Shown here: piece by piece, positions 1 to 12,671 of the stretch
Position numbering within the stretch: position 1 is the stretch's first letter
Layout: each line of letters starts with the position of its first letter
Assembly: GCA_951406725.2 (NCBI GenBank)
Contig: OX597818.1
Coordinates: 76,012,001-76,076,000 of the forward strand
DNA from: Octopus vulgaris
Taxonomy: Eukaryota
DNA length: 64,000 nt
Direction: 5' to 3'
Notes under the pieces: generated by a model
Databases searched by the model: none
The model's input: only the letters and a program-made list of their open reading frames with translations
What the model was told of the DNA's origin: nothing
Position numbers and translations under genes: made by a program

Positions 1-59
<59 letters not shown>

Positions 60-60
60 T

Positions 61-216
61 ACGACAGGCTTCTTTTCAGTTTCCGTCTACCAAATCCACT
101 CACAAGGCTTTGGTCGGCCCGAGGCTATAGTAGAAGACACTTGCCCAAGGTGTCACGCAGTGGGACTGAACCCGGAACCATGTGGTTGGTAAACAAGCTA
201 CTTACCACACAGCCAC
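61..216 (-). mobile_element. tRNA-derived SINE (family A), head and body
   Basis: Reverse complement reads GTGGCTGTGTGGTAAG (A box) ... GGTTCAGTCCC (B box) ... CCTTGGGCAAGTGTCTTCTACTATAGCC ... GAAGCCTGTCG then (TA)n. Near-identical to 21720-21881 and 19808-19977. Confidence 0.85.
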
Positions 217-688
217 TTGTTTAATCTTTTCGTATAAAATATTTAAAAATGGATGAATCTTTCTAATTTTTTGCGTACATCTTTTATTTTGTATATATTT
301 TCTATTTTCATAACTTTTTTTAAAGTTGCATTTCATTTTCTTGGAGAGGCGCGTTTCTATAGGAGCGTCCTCCGTTAATTTGCTTTATTGTAAAGCAGGT
401 TCAGAAATATATTTTGCATTTTCAGAATAGTATCATTCAATTTCCACAATTGTGTAATTTCCAAAATAGTATATTTTTTTGATAAATTGTATTTATGGCT
501 GACTGGAAACGTCTTTTTATTTAATGAATTACATGTTCGATGCTAACATGTGTCTTAAACCAGTCGATTCACCCCCACCCCCGCCGCTTTCGTTGTTGTT
601 TAGCCCCAAATCACTTATGAGTGTAGACATAGAATGGAAACTGTTCCAGCTGTGTCAGTAACATCTTTTATTATATGTAAACATTTTT

Positions 689-1599
689 GGGATCTGTTCA
701 ATTTGGTTCGCAGATTTTTAAAATTAATTTTTAAAACTAAACAGTTTGAAATTTCGTATACTGGTGGAATGTCTCACGCAGAACACGGTTTACTTAATGC
801 AGCCAAATTTCAACCTCTTCTAACCTCTTCTATTTTACCAGATGCGTTCGCTAAGCAGAATAATGTTTTTGCCATTTGACCCTTCTAACCCCTTCTATTT
901 TACCAAAAGCTAGTATAGAGATAACAGGCCCACAATGAAATCTATTGTTCTCAATAATATGTCTATCCCTCTGGCTGGTTTTGCATAGTTATAAATACTA
1001 GAATTTGGTGAGCCAACTAGAGTCATGCCACAAGCAGACAGCCACTAAAGACAAACGGCCAGAGGGAGAATGAAGGTTACAATCTGCCAACTATGAAACA
1101 CAACTTCCTACGACTCTATAACTTTCACTAGCTCAATTTCCTTTCTCTTACAGCATCAGTCTATCACTATCTATGGTTTACTACTACAATAAGAATGTGT
1201 GCACACATACAGGCCGAAATTAACTTAATACCGCATGATCTTTCGATTATATCACACCTGCCCGTCGAGGCATGGCATTATACAAAGTAACGGTAAATAA
1301 ATATGTCTTTACAACTTTGATCATCTTGCTCATCTGCAACAATAACACCGACTCCAACATATGTCATAATATCATACTGCCACACGTGAAGACTCCGACG
1401 TTCCACCCAACCATGCCGTTACATTGGTGACCTTTAACTGCAACGAATATTCATACCATTACAAAGTTGTCGTATTTTGGTAATTTCAACCAATCAACGA
1501 CGTGTATTCAGTTGAAGAAAGCTACTGCTGTTTCTGATAGTAATCGAAGAGGAACCACTTTCGGGTCATATCTACTAAAAGTCACCACTCTGTTCTATT
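689..1599 (-). mobile_element. Interrupted non-autonomous DNA transposon (GGGATCTGTTC terminus), relative of the CGGATC family
   Basis: 689-772 starts GGGATCTGTTCAATTTGG and matches the reverse complement of the end of 2024-2472; 1463-1599 is an inverted copy of 2213-2349; 773-1462 appears to be inserted sequence. Confidence 0.55.
1061..1432 (+). mobile_element. Possible LTR remnant with PPT-like and PBS-like flanks
   Basis: AGAGGGAGAA, then TG at 1071 ... AATAAA near 1296 ... GTTACA ending 1423, followed by TTGGTGACC (resembles a tRNA-Trp PBS). No second LTR seen. Confidence 0.35.
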
Positions 1600-2023
1600 T
1601 TATTTTTTGTTTACGGCTTCTGTTACATATTACATGCTTTTTTTTTTGTTTTTTGGTTCTCGTGTCGGAGTAACCAGTAAACATCGAAGAATCAACACCA
1701 AGAAGATAGAAATATTGTTTACATATATTTATTCGTTAGCCCGACATCGGTATTTTATCCACATAATGCGCACCGGATTTTAAAAGACCTATAGAGCTAC
1801 GAGTCCGCAGCTAGCTTTTTTGTTGTTGACGTGTATGTAGTTTCAAAATGCTTTATTTTACAACTACTTGGTGTATTGTTATTGCCATGATTTTATCTTA
1901 CTATACTCAACAACACGCATTTCGTCAATATAAAAGTCTTTATATGATTAAAAATAACTTTAACCAAAACATGAAGGTAAAACAAAGCAAATAGCGGCTT
2001 ATACACCAGAAAATAGGATAATT

Positions 2024-2472
2024 GGGATCTGTTCAGTTTGGCTCAGATTTTAGTGGCTGTAACAAGTTCGCTCGCTGGTTGCTAGTTGATAATGTAGAAA
2101 GGAGAGAAAGACTAAGGAATGCATGGTGCTGACTAGAAAGGAGAGAAAGACTAAGGAATGCATGGTGCTGACTAGAAAGGATAAAGGTGACATCGTCTTC
2201 GCTCGGCATACGAATAGAACAGAGTGGTGACATTTAGTAGAGATGACCCGGAAGTTGTTCCTCTTCGATTACTATCGCAAACAGCAGTAGCTTTCTTCAA
2301 GTGAATACGCGTCGTTGATTGGTTGAAATTACCGAAATACAACAACTTTAACACAAAATAACTTCTAAGATACCAAATTTTGTCAAAAATGTTCAAAGTA
2401 GACCGTATGAAGTTTTAAACTCTTTAGTTAAAAGAAATTAATCAAAAATTCTGCGTGCCAAACTGAACAGAT
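2024..2472 (+). mobile_element. Non-autonomous DNA transposon, TIR GGGATCTGTTCAGTTTGGC
   Basis: Left GGGATCTGTTCAGTTTGGC, right GCCAAACTGAACAGAT; internal ~39-bp tandem duplication near 2096-2180; 3' part resembles the end of 11482-11896. Confidence 0.65.
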
Positions 2473-2501
2473 ACAATTTTAAGTGAATGTGGTTGCTATT
2501 T

Positions 2502-3524
2502 CGGATCTAGTTAGTTTTATTCGCAAAATGAGACCCCTTTAATTTTTCTCATATTAATTTCAATTCTAGTGTATCGACGCAACTCTGAATTTTGGTTACT
2601 TTATCTCGTAAATCAAAGAATCTGATATTATTTGGAATTAAAGTTGGGAAATTTGGGTAATTTTAGCCAATCAACAGACAGCGTGGCATTAGCAGCCTAT
2701 TACCATGACAACCGCACGCTGTGTTGCGTTTCACTTCACCCGTGTCTGTGCCGCACGTTGTTCTGTGTTGATTCTTCACACCACGAGATTCTTTTCACCC
2801 GCATGTTTTGTTTTAATTTTTCTGTGTGTGAGTATATTACATATTTTTCTGTACTTCTATTTGTTAGTATTTTTACATATTTTTCATTTCATATCTTTTG
2901 GGGACAAATTCTTTTTTTACCAGTGTTATTCTTATTGTAGTTTACAAATCCAAACATGAAAACGTTACTCAACTTTGGCATTTTGGAGACAGACGCCCCC
3001 TTTTCACACACACACACACACAAACATACACACACACACACGCACGCACTTATATACTAATGATGTACACAAATACATACATAATGCTGAAATGCGCATA
3101 AAGTAAACACATGCAGACAAATATATTACTATAACAAATTTAAAAAATAATAAAAACATACACTCAATAAAGAGACAAAAGAAACAGTAAGATAATACAT
3201 GTTGATTTTATTGGGTATTTTTGTTTATTTAGAAACCTAAAATGAACAGGTCGTTTCACAGATGCTAAACTATAAATTTCACAGGGTATAACCTTAAAGT
3301 TGACACCGCTCTGCTAAACGCAGAAAATTTTCCTCTCGTTATTGGCTAAAAATACAGTTTTCTCGATTTTTAAACCTCTGTAACTGTTACCTCCAATTTT
3401 TTTCTCCACAACATCATACCTTCATAGCAATAAGCCTGGAAAACTACATTATTATAGCCGAGTTTCAGATTTTTTACTTCCTTTTTAAAAATGTATATTT
3501 TGTGAATCAGTTTAACTAGATCCG
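2502..3524. mobile_element. Non-autonomous DNA transposon, CGGATCTAGTT TIRs, 6-bp TSD CTATTT
   Basis: CTATTT|CGGATCTAGTT ... AACTAGATCCG|CTATTT. Removing it rejoins a repeat also seen near 7250-7290. Confidence 0.8.
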
Positions 3525-3991
3525 CTATTTCTAACAGCTCGAGTGACCACGTAGGAGTTTTGTCGCTGGGTCTGTTTGTTCCAGATTTTAGTGTCATGGG
3601 CTAACACATGCGCGCGCGCACGCACGCACACACACACACACACACACTTACATACATATATCTGAAAAAGAACACCGAGGAGGTTACGATTTTTGACAAA
3701 CAAAGCTTTTATTCCTTTCGTACACAAAAGATAAATACTTTCTTTCGAAGGGCAAAATGTCGAGAGAATTTGAGTTATTCTTCCTGTGTAATTGTAATAG
3801 TTGTCAAAAAGTTAACTGCTGGTCATTGTATTGTCGCCCATTGTTCATTTTGGTTGTTGTTAGTTCGGATCAGTAACTGTCTGCATTTGTTCGCCTGTTG
3901 TCTCGTCTCTGTTGTCTTTCAATGCTCTTTCAAAGCTCTTTCTCAAGTAGTCAAAGTGTGCTGAATTCATACTGATGTTTAGGCTCAGAGA

Positions 3992-4340
3992 CAGTGGCTC
4001 TCAACCATTTTTTAAAAAATATCTGTGGACCCCTTTGATTACTATTCTAATTTGGTGGATCCCCATAACCATTCGATTCTTAAAAACTAGTTTATAGATG
4101 CTTCTTTCAAAATTCTCATTTTGTTTTTCACACATTAACTTGTGTGGGTTGAACTATGCAAAATATTAGAGAAAGAAATGTAACTGCTTCTTGCAGTAAA
4201 TACATCTGTAGTGAATCTAATTTTTTATGGACCCTTAATGAACTACTGTAAATCCTCAATTTATTATTTTGCTTGCATGGACCCCAAAAAGTCTTACATG
4301 GACTCCCAGGGGCCATATGGACCCCAGTTGAGAACCACTG
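3992..4340. mobile_element. hAT (Charlie-like) MITE inserted in the LTR
   Basis: TIRs CAGTGGCTCTCAAC / GTTGAGAACCACTG; 8-bp flanks CTCAGAGA / CTTAGAAA (6/8 match); absent from the other LTR. Confidence 0.8.
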
Positions 4341-4566
4341 CTTAGAAAGAAAGGTCCGTTAAGACGGGACTGTTGCTGGAGCCAGTTCTAGGTGAAGCTG
4401 TGATTGGTTAGAATTTTTCTTCGTGTGGGTAATATCCCAGCGAATCACAACATCAGGTATTATTGAATATTCCTGTTACATGACTCTCCTGTAAATGAAA
4501 TGTCTGTTCAAAATGACTTGAACGAAACGACAAGAATAGTGCAGTAACTGCAAATGCGAAGTATTC

Positions 4567-4777
4567 ATGTAGGGGTGCTGAAAAGTTCCTGGCTTTAAGG
4601 TTATCGCAAAAGGCCTGGTTCGAGCCCCAATCTTCTGAGTTCTCTTACAGGGTTTAGAAAAACTGAAGGATTGCTGCAATAACTGAGGGGGTGGGATATG
4701 TTGAATAAAATCATAATTAACTGATCCTCCTGTATTTTCTTTTACCCAAAGTCGCAAACTTTTCAGCAACTCTCGTA
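4567..4777. mobile_element. Mariner-type MITE
   Basis: Degenerate TIRs GGGGTGCTGAAAAGTTCCTGGCTTT / AAAGTCGCAAACTTTTCAGCAACTCTCGTA. Confidence 0.6.
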
Positions 4778-6112
4778 AAGGAGCATGTATTAGAAAGGGT
4801 GAATGCAAGATTTAAAATGCAAGATTTAAAATGTTGAGTATAAGGCCAGAGTATAAGTGTGAAAATATTAGGTAAGATCTGATGAGGATATATGTATGTA
4901 CGTGAGACAGATGAGTGTAACTAAGTGTTTAACTGAGTGAATGACTCGTACATAGTTATGTGCATGGACACCAGCGGGACGGTGTCGTGTCTACCAGTGG
5001 GTCGGTAGTGCATATTCATGTATATTTGTATTGAATACCAGTGGGTCGGTATTGTGAACCTATTCAGCTATTTCTGAGCTTAAGAACATAAACAGCTGAA
5101 GCAAGGTTGGTCCTTGTGTGCATGTTAAATGTGAATGTATGCATGCCTAGTGTGTGCAATGTAAAATTGTGTTCAGATGTATGCATGTGTGAGCAGAAAG
5201 AAGGAGAAATCAATAAGAAAAAAAATCTCGATGAAGAAAGCAGTTTTGTTTTGTACTGAACTGGAGAAAACACATTAACTTGACTCGTTCCTGTCACCGG
5301 AGCAGATGGAGACACCAGTGGCAGAATATGCTGATATTGTTTGTTCAAATGGTGAGGTTGATATCGTTAGAGACTCCAGACGAACCGATTGCAGGCGGTC
5401 GATGCAGGCGGGGTCTTTTTAAGCTAACAAAAAATGACGAATAGGAATTTACTGGGTATGTTGGTTGATATCGTTGATGTTGCAGCAACGGGCACCTCGG
5501 CGGTGTTGCTGAAAGCGTTTGATGTGCTGAGAAGAAACGTGTTTAAGATACAACCACCAGTGTATCGGTAACTAAGATAGCGGCAGCGCGGCAAAGCTAC
5601 AACGGCAGGCGGAGTCCTACAGATGGAGTCATAAGCAAATTGTTTCTAGACTGCATCATATTCTTCTTTCAGGGTTGGCTGCAAAGATGTTCTTTAAACT
5701 TTCAGTTTGCAAGTTGTTACAAGTGCTGACTGCTATTTCTTGCATCGGAAGTTACCAGTTGTACGAAAAAGAACACTAGAGAAGGCTGCTATTTTTGACA
5801 AACAAAAGCTTTTATTCTTTTTGTACTCACAAAAAATTTGTTATTTGTTGTAAGGACAAAATATCGAGAGAGTTTAAGTGTTGTCGTTCTTGGTGCAATT
5901 GTAATAGTCTCTAGCGTTTCTCAATGCTCATTTTGTCAAGTAGTAAAATTGGATTGAATTAATACTGAAAGGCTCAAAATGATTGGAGTGTTGCTAGAGC
6001 CAGTTCTAGGTGAAGTCGTAACTAGTTAGAATTTTTTTTTATCACGTAGGTAATATGTTAGCGAATCGCGACATCGGGTGATTGTTGAATATTCTCGCTA
6101 CACATATCTATT

Positions 6113-6514
6113 CAGGACCAGCTGGATTAAGACCCATAGAGGCCCCAAGCACTTAAAAGTGCCCCCAATATGTGACCCAAAATATAACCAATATTTACCC
6201 ATAAAATAATTTTTTTTTCAAAATGAAGCAAGGCTAACAGTAAGGTGGAAAAATAACGTTTAGTTGGTATATTTTCACTTTATTTAAATTTGAAAAGTGT
6301 CCTCTTACTTTTTTAAATTGAAAAGTCTTTGACCACACCCTTACTATAACACCACAAACACTTCAAAATTATATTTCCGATTATGTAAACCACATCGAAA
6401 ACTATTTTAGCAAGTTTAAAGTGATTTTTTGTGTGCCATAAACCATTTGCCATTTTTGTGGTGTCCCCTTCTATAAGCACGTGCTTATTTTGCTTCATGA
6501 TTAATCTAGCGCTG
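6113..6514. mobile_element. hAT-like MITE (CAG..GGATTAA termini)
   Basis: Left CAGGACCAGCTGGATTAA, right TTAATCTAGCGCTG; internal GGCCCC/GCCCC motifs; TSD degenerate. Confidence 0.5.
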
Positions 6515-6654
6515 TACCTACCTACCCACTTACCTACCCACTTACCTACCTACTTACCTACCTACATGTATGTATGTATGTATGTATGTATGTATGTATG
6601 TATGTATGTATGTATGTATGTATGTATGTATGTATGTATGCATGTATGTATGTA

Positions 6655-6750
6655 GGTGCAGGCGTGGCTGTGTGGTAAGAAGCTTGCTTTCCAACTATAT
6701 GGTTCCAGTTTCTATTTTAGCCTTGGGCCGACCGAAGCCATGCGATTAGA
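6655..6750 (+). mobile_element. SINE family A, internally deleted
   Basis: GGTGCAGGCGTGGCTGTGTGGTAAGAAGCTTGCTT...TAGCCTTGGGCCGACC. A further decayed copy lies near 7752-7905. Confidence 0.7.
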
Positions 6751-6756
6751 TTTAGT

Positions 6757-6801
<45 letters not shown>

Positions 6802-9800
6802 TTGTGTTTGCTTATATTCCTTATGGATTCGAAAACTGAGTTGCCGATTTTGACGTATGAGGTATCAAAAGATTCAGTAAACTTTCCGCTACCAAATAAT
6901 TTTTTTTTTGCACAAGAACTCTTTTTTTACTACAAAAATAACCCAAAAAGCGAGGTCAGGTCACAATTTTCAGGCCTTTAGCTAAGGGACGCAACTCTGC
7001 CTGAACACTCTTTGTCTTAGAGCATAATGAGAAATGTTTAAAATACATGGAGCTTCACTAGGGAATGAAACTTCAAAGATATACCGTCAACTTTATTAGT
7101 ATTATTTAGTAGATAATCTTTTAATGTGAAGTATGTTTGTCTGTGTTTTGTTTAGTCCAGAGTTGCCTGTGATGTAGCAGACCCATTGCATAGTTTTTTT
7201 TTCTTCCTGAAGTATCTTTCTTTTGACGAAAGGGTGTGTTTTAAGAGAGATTTGGCTACTATTTGTAGTAGCTCAAGTTACCACAGACACACCCTTGACT
7301 GTGTGTGTGTGTGTTTGTGTGTGCATGTTTTGTTGTGAAGAAAACTTTTTCTCAGAGTATTTTGCACAGTAATTTTTAAAGAAATCTGGACATCTTTCTT
7401 ACTGCTAACCATTCAACTTTAAATTACAATTGTTAATTATTGGAAGTCAAGTGCACTGAGATGTTATATAGTGTTATCATATACAGTGGAAGTTCAATAC
7501 AAAGTTTTTAACTCATTATCATGTGGTTACCTTAAAGTTGAAGCCATTAAGTCTTTAAACATTGTTTTACTGGATTTAGTCTTTCGACTGTTGCCATGAT
7601 GAGGTATCGCCTTCAAAAATTTAATTGATCATACTGATCTCAGTACGTATTTCAATCTGGCATTTATTTTATAGATCTTTGGTTGATGAACTGCTTATTT
7701 CGAGACACAATACTTGATCTAACAACAAATGTAAACACACACATACATTAGGTGCAAGAATGACTGTTTTGAGAAGTTTACTTCCCAACCACATGATTCC
7801 ATGTTCAGCCCCTCTGCATTGTACCTTGAGTAAGTGTTTTCTACTATAGCCCTAGGCCAACCTCAGACTTGTGACTGAATTTGGTAGACAGAAAATGACC
7901 GAAAAGCATGTGTATAAAGAAGAGTTGCTTGCTTCATACTCCTTGTGTGCCAATTCTGACTATAAAAAAGAAACAAGCAATACAATGTGTCTGAAGGTCA
8001 TAGCACTCAGGCAATGCTGGGGTGCACTGCTAATATACTATGGTGTTGCTATTATGTTAAACTGTTGTATATCCAAATTTGGCCAAATGTGTTTTTTACA
8101 ATATCTATTTTTGCTTGCAATAGCTGGTTGTTTTGGTCAAACTATCATATCTCCAGCTGCTTCAGAGGCCAAGATATGAAAATTGTCAAAGTATAGTACA
8201 ACAGTTTTGCTATGGAATGGTGAAACTATTTTTTCATTTTCTGAAAAAGCAATGTTTTGGATTTATGACACTTTTGCATTATAGCAAGTATATATATATA
8301 TATATATTTTTTTTTTTTCGGTTGAATTAGGTACTTAAATTGAGGCACCTTGTTCACTCAATCTAATTTGCACACTCAAACAACATCAGGTGAATATCGA
8401 ACTCTGTGCAGAGGTGTTTGCATTTGATATTCTTGTAGAGTATGCAGATAACATGGTTCAACTTAGTGAAGAGATCTGATCTTGGTTGTTCAAACATGTA
8501 CTTTATATAAAAATACTTTCTCTAATGTTTCTTATGTGCAGATTCCAGGGTAGGTGAATAATATATAAATGTGTAACAAAGATGTATAGGTGTCAATTCA
8601 TTATGGCCATTTCAAGAGACTCCTTTAATTGATTAATGAAAACATTACATCATTGCAAAGAAACCGTTTTCATCAGGTGACTGCATAGACTTCAAACACA
8701 AAGGACCAGCCAACTGCTTTAACATATTCATATCACCAACTGGAGCTCAATTATGTACATTGATTCTGCTACTATTTTTTGGCAGAATGAGTTTAGAAAA
8801 TAGTTTATGTAGTGTTGAACCTACAAGAATTTAGAGGTTAGTAGAGGTTATAGTTGGGGGAGGAATAATTGAGAGTAGTGACCTAGTTACCTACATTTCG
8901 AATACAATAGGGGGAATGTAGTCTTCAATCATCCAAAATTAAATCTTTTGGAAATTGTAGCTATATTTTAGATAAAGGAAATAAATTAATTAATATCATA
9001 TAATTTTAAAAATTCATAATATAAGATTACAGTATACAGTAAATTTTATGAAAAATGTATAAACTGTCACAAATTTATAAGCTATAAAAATTATAAAAAT
9101 ATATATATAAAAAAAGGATATATAAAGGCATGAAAATATAAAATTTTTTTTTAATAAAGTATAAGAATTTATAAGATATAATGTGTAATTAAAATATATA
9201 TAAACTATGAAAAAATATAAAGGTATATAAAGGCATAAAATATAAAAATTTATAAAATACAAGAAAAAATTAAAAAAGTTTTTTATAAAAACGTATAAAA
9301 AGATGATATAAATGGGTATAAAAAGATATAAAGAAGGATATAAGATAAAGTAAAATAAAAAAAGATTTATCTATAATGGTATTGGTATATAGAGAAAGTT
9401 ATAGCTTGAATAATTATTATTAATACACGATAAAATAAAATATAAATATACCAAGTTTTAATAGAGCTAAAATTACCAATGGAAATGGGTTTATAAGATA
9501 AATCTAAAGTACATAAAAGAAACTGATTGAGGTAGAATAGTAACAAATCTTAGAGAAGGTATATTTTATATTTAGGGGAGGTGTGAATTATTAGAATCCT
9601 TTAGAAAAAATAAATATATTTTATACCAACCATGATAGAAGAGATTCACCAATGGAAATGGTTAAGTACATGTTGTAATTATTAAAAGTTTATTGATCAA
9701 AGGGGACGGGGTCACTAGAATGCATTATTGAATAGATTTCAACATCACAGAGAGTAGGCTATGAATGATATGGCACTCTGAATAACTTATATCAGCAAAA

Positions 9801-10139
9801 ATACAGTATGATATAATTATTAGTTACCTGCTTCTAAAGTATTTAAAGGTATGGGTAATCCTATGAACACATGAACCCTAAGAACTAATTTATTATTAAT
9901 TTGGTTGTGTTTATTGCTATATTTGAATATTTCATATATCTCCATACATCATAGTCCACACCCATACCAGCTATTATGGTTGAGCTCTATGCACTATAAC
10001 CCACTTTAGACTGAATTAGATATTATTATCCTTGAGTTCTCAGAGTTTTCTAGTTAATGAGGTACTGTTGTTTTATGCCTAAGTCTAAAGGATGAAACAT
10101 TGTTATTCAAACGTTTTTTTCATATTTACTGACCTTAAA

Positions 10140-10530
10140 CGATACTAAGCCCAAACACACACATAGATAAACAGCCACACACACACACACACACACACAG
10201 AGACCTGCATGCACGCACATACTCACACACACACACACACATATCTCCTCTTGCACTCTCCTGTCTTTGAAAGAAATTTTTCTTCTCCCATTCCCTTCCG
10301 GCCATTTCAGTATGTGGCAATGTGTGTATCATTGGCGATTTTCTTTCTCCATCTTCCCTTCCTTGTACTTTGCTTTTTCTATATTTCTGATGAAGAGCTC
10401 CGCTCGAAACGTTAAATCCTCCTTCTTTCTTTCCATTCCTGAGCGTCCAATAACACTATATTTGTTCCATGTCCTCGTGTTGTTGTGTTTTCTCTTTGTT
10501 CATGTTTGGATTAACTATATATATATGTAC
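10140..10530 (+). mobile_element. Penelope-like element 3' (pLTR) remnant
   Basis: CA-rich tract, pyrimidine tract, hammerhead core, then TTCCTGAGCG...GTTTGGATTAA and (TA)n; same layout and sequence as 49600-49970. Confidence 0.65.
10383..10417 (+). ncRNA. Minimal type I hammerhead ribozyme
   Basis: ATTT-CTGATGA-A-GAGC-TCC-GCTC-GAAA-CG-TT-AAAT: intact core, 4-bp stem II, 4-bp stem I, loopless palindromic stem III (ACGT). Confidence 0.75.
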
Positions 10531-10716
10531 CAGAGTAAGCATACAAATATGAAACAAGGTGGGAAAAAATATTACTTGAAGTATCATGCTTTATTATTAA
10601 AGTGGCAAAAACATTACAAAAATATCACAAAAAACTGCTACTTTGTGATATTTTTGTGATGTTTTTGCAGCTTTAATAGTAAAGTGTATTTCACGTTATT
10701 TATTTATGTAAAGGTT

Positions 10717-10781
<65 letters not shown>

Positions 10782-11079
10782 ATGTAAAATAACTAAACTT
10801 GTACGTTATAAGATTGTGTTCATCACAAGTTATTAAATATAGAAATATACTATTTTATTAAATTTATTCTTACCATTAAACACGAAGCCTCTTCTCTGTG
10901 TGTGTGTATGTGTGTGTGTGAGTGTGTGCGCGCGAGTGCATATGTGTTGTTGTTGAACGGGATGGTTGGTTTTATTCGATGTTGTCTTGATTTAGCAGCT
11001 TTCGATGTTGCCTCCCTTTAACAGCTGAAAACAGAACTGAATTCAGGGGAGATAATTCCTTAGTTGTGTAATATTTGTT

Positions 11080-11290
11080 TCTAATATAGGCACAAGCCCT
11101 GAAAGTTTGGGAGGTGAAGCAGTCGATTATATCGATCTAAGGGCTTGATTAGCTTTTATTTTATCGACTCCAAAAGATGAAAGGCAAAATTAACCACGGC
11201 ATAATATGATTTCAGACCGTAAAGAGCCAAAAGAAATGCTGCTAAGCATTTTGTACGATGTGGTTAATGATTCTGCCAGCTCGCCGCCAT
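11080..11290 (-). mobile_element. SINE family B (Meta/MESC-like central domain)
   Basis: Matches the recurring CGACCCCGAAAGGATGAAAGGCAAAGTCGACCTCGGCGGAATTTGAACTC...GCCAGCTCGCCGCC consensus. Domain naming is from memory. Confidence 0.7.
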
Positions 11291-11481
11291 CATGGAATCG
11301 TTAACTTATAGACCGGCATTATGTAAATTGTTAAAATAAAATCAAAAAGTATAATAATAAAAGAATTCTTGATTTAAAAACAAAAAAAAAAAAACCTTCG
11401 TTATTTGAGTCGTTACTGTTTTTTAAAAAGAAATATTGATCCCCATGGGTCAATATTGATCACTTTGCGGACCTGTTCATA

Positions 11482-11896
11482 CGGATCTTTTCGGTTTGAA
11501 CGGCAGTTTTTTCTAGTGGTGTCATATGAAATTGTCACCCATAATTATGACCCTAGTATCGATCTATTGCATTTCAATCTGTTTTAGGGTTAGGGTTAGG
11601 GGGGGAGGTTATCTTTTTTTCTTCAGAAATGTAAATAAACCCAATCTGTTCCTTAAACGAGGGACATATTCATACGGCACATAATGTTTTCACCTCAATA
11701 GACGTCATTGATTGGTTGAAATTGCAGAAATTGAAGAAAAAACAACAACAAATATCTTACAAATTATAGAATCTTCTCAATAAAGCCAAGAGAAAAAGAT
11801 GTTTTATAAACACATTCTACCAGTATACGAAGTTTAAAAGTATTTAGTTACGTGGAAATTATTTAAAAAAACTACCGTTCAAACCGAAAAGACCCG
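11482..11896. mobile_element. Non-autonomous DNA transposon, CGGATCTTTTCGGTTTGAACGG TIRs, 6-bp TSD TTCATA, internal TTAGGG repeats
   Basis: TTCATA|CGGATCTTTTCGGTTTGAACGG ... CCGTTCAAACCGAAAAGACCCG|TTCATA; (TTAGGG)3 near 11584. Confidence 0.85.
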
Positions 11897-11919
11897 TTCA
11901 TACTTTCAAGTGGTTAGTT

Positions 11920-11986
<67 letters not shown>

Positions 11987-12379
11987 AAGAGAGAGGGGGA
12001 GAGTATATTAACTGAAGGAACGTGGATAGACACATCAACGGATAGAAGTTAGAAAGATGGATAGTTAAAATAAAGTGAAATGACGTTAGTTAAGAATTAG
12101 CTTTGGATTTAGAAAACTCTTTTATGTGTTCCAGCCCAAAGGTTGTGGCCATAATAAGCACCGCCATTATTCAGTTTTTAGAAAAAAAACATTTATTAGG
12201 TTTAAGTGCTTATCCGTATCGTCAGAGTAGGCAGATACCTCGACAGAAAGTTAAGTATATATATATATATATATATATATGACCCAGCAAAATGGCGGTG
12301 CCCCAGCATGGCTACAGCTCGTGAGCTGAAACTAGATAAAATAAAAAATAAAATACACGATACACACACACATATATAT

Positions 12380-12598
12380 ATTTCTTTATTGCCCACAAGG
12401 AGCTAAACACAGAGGGGGACAAACAAGGACAGACAAAGGGATTAAGTCAATTACATCGACCCCAGGGCGAAACTGGTACTTTATTTAATCGACCCCGAAA
12501 GGATGAAAGGCAAAGTCGACCTCGGTGGAATTTGAACTCAGAACGTAACGACTGACGAAATACTGCTAAGCATTTCGCCCGGCACGCTAACGTTTCTG
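12380..12598 (-). mobile_element. SINE family B
   Basis: Well-conserved copy including the tail TTTCTTTATTGCCCACAAGG and GATGAAAGGCAAAGTCGACCTCGG. Confidence 0.85.
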
Positions 12599-12671
12599 AT
12601 GGGTGAGAGAGTTGGCATGTGAAAGCGAGTGGTTGGATGTATAAAAGAAAAATAGATTGAAAAAACTACAG

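Larger units (their letters stand above)
3659..6102 (-). mobile_element. Decayed non-autonomous LTR retroelement (LTRs ~3659-4480 and 5760-6102)
   Basis: Two diverged direct repeats (AAAAAGAACAC...TTTTTGACAAACAAA and GAGCCAGTTCTAGGTGAAG...GAATATTC..TACA); right copy is TGT...ACA; minus-strand PBS-like TGGTAAC next to 5759 and PPT-like AGGAGAG next to 4481; CATA on both flanks. Confidence 0.7.

Noticed and set aside
3608-3630. Short (GC)n runs at the edge of CA microsatellites as hyperediting
   Set aside because: Too short and explicable by slippage of a variant repeat unit, unlike the non-repetitive A-depleted islands at 47.5 and 49.1 kb.
4876-4900. CTGATGAG as a hammerhead core (also 31653, 38385 and 15797 minus)
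   Set aside because: No stem II followed by GAAA and NUH at a suitable distance.
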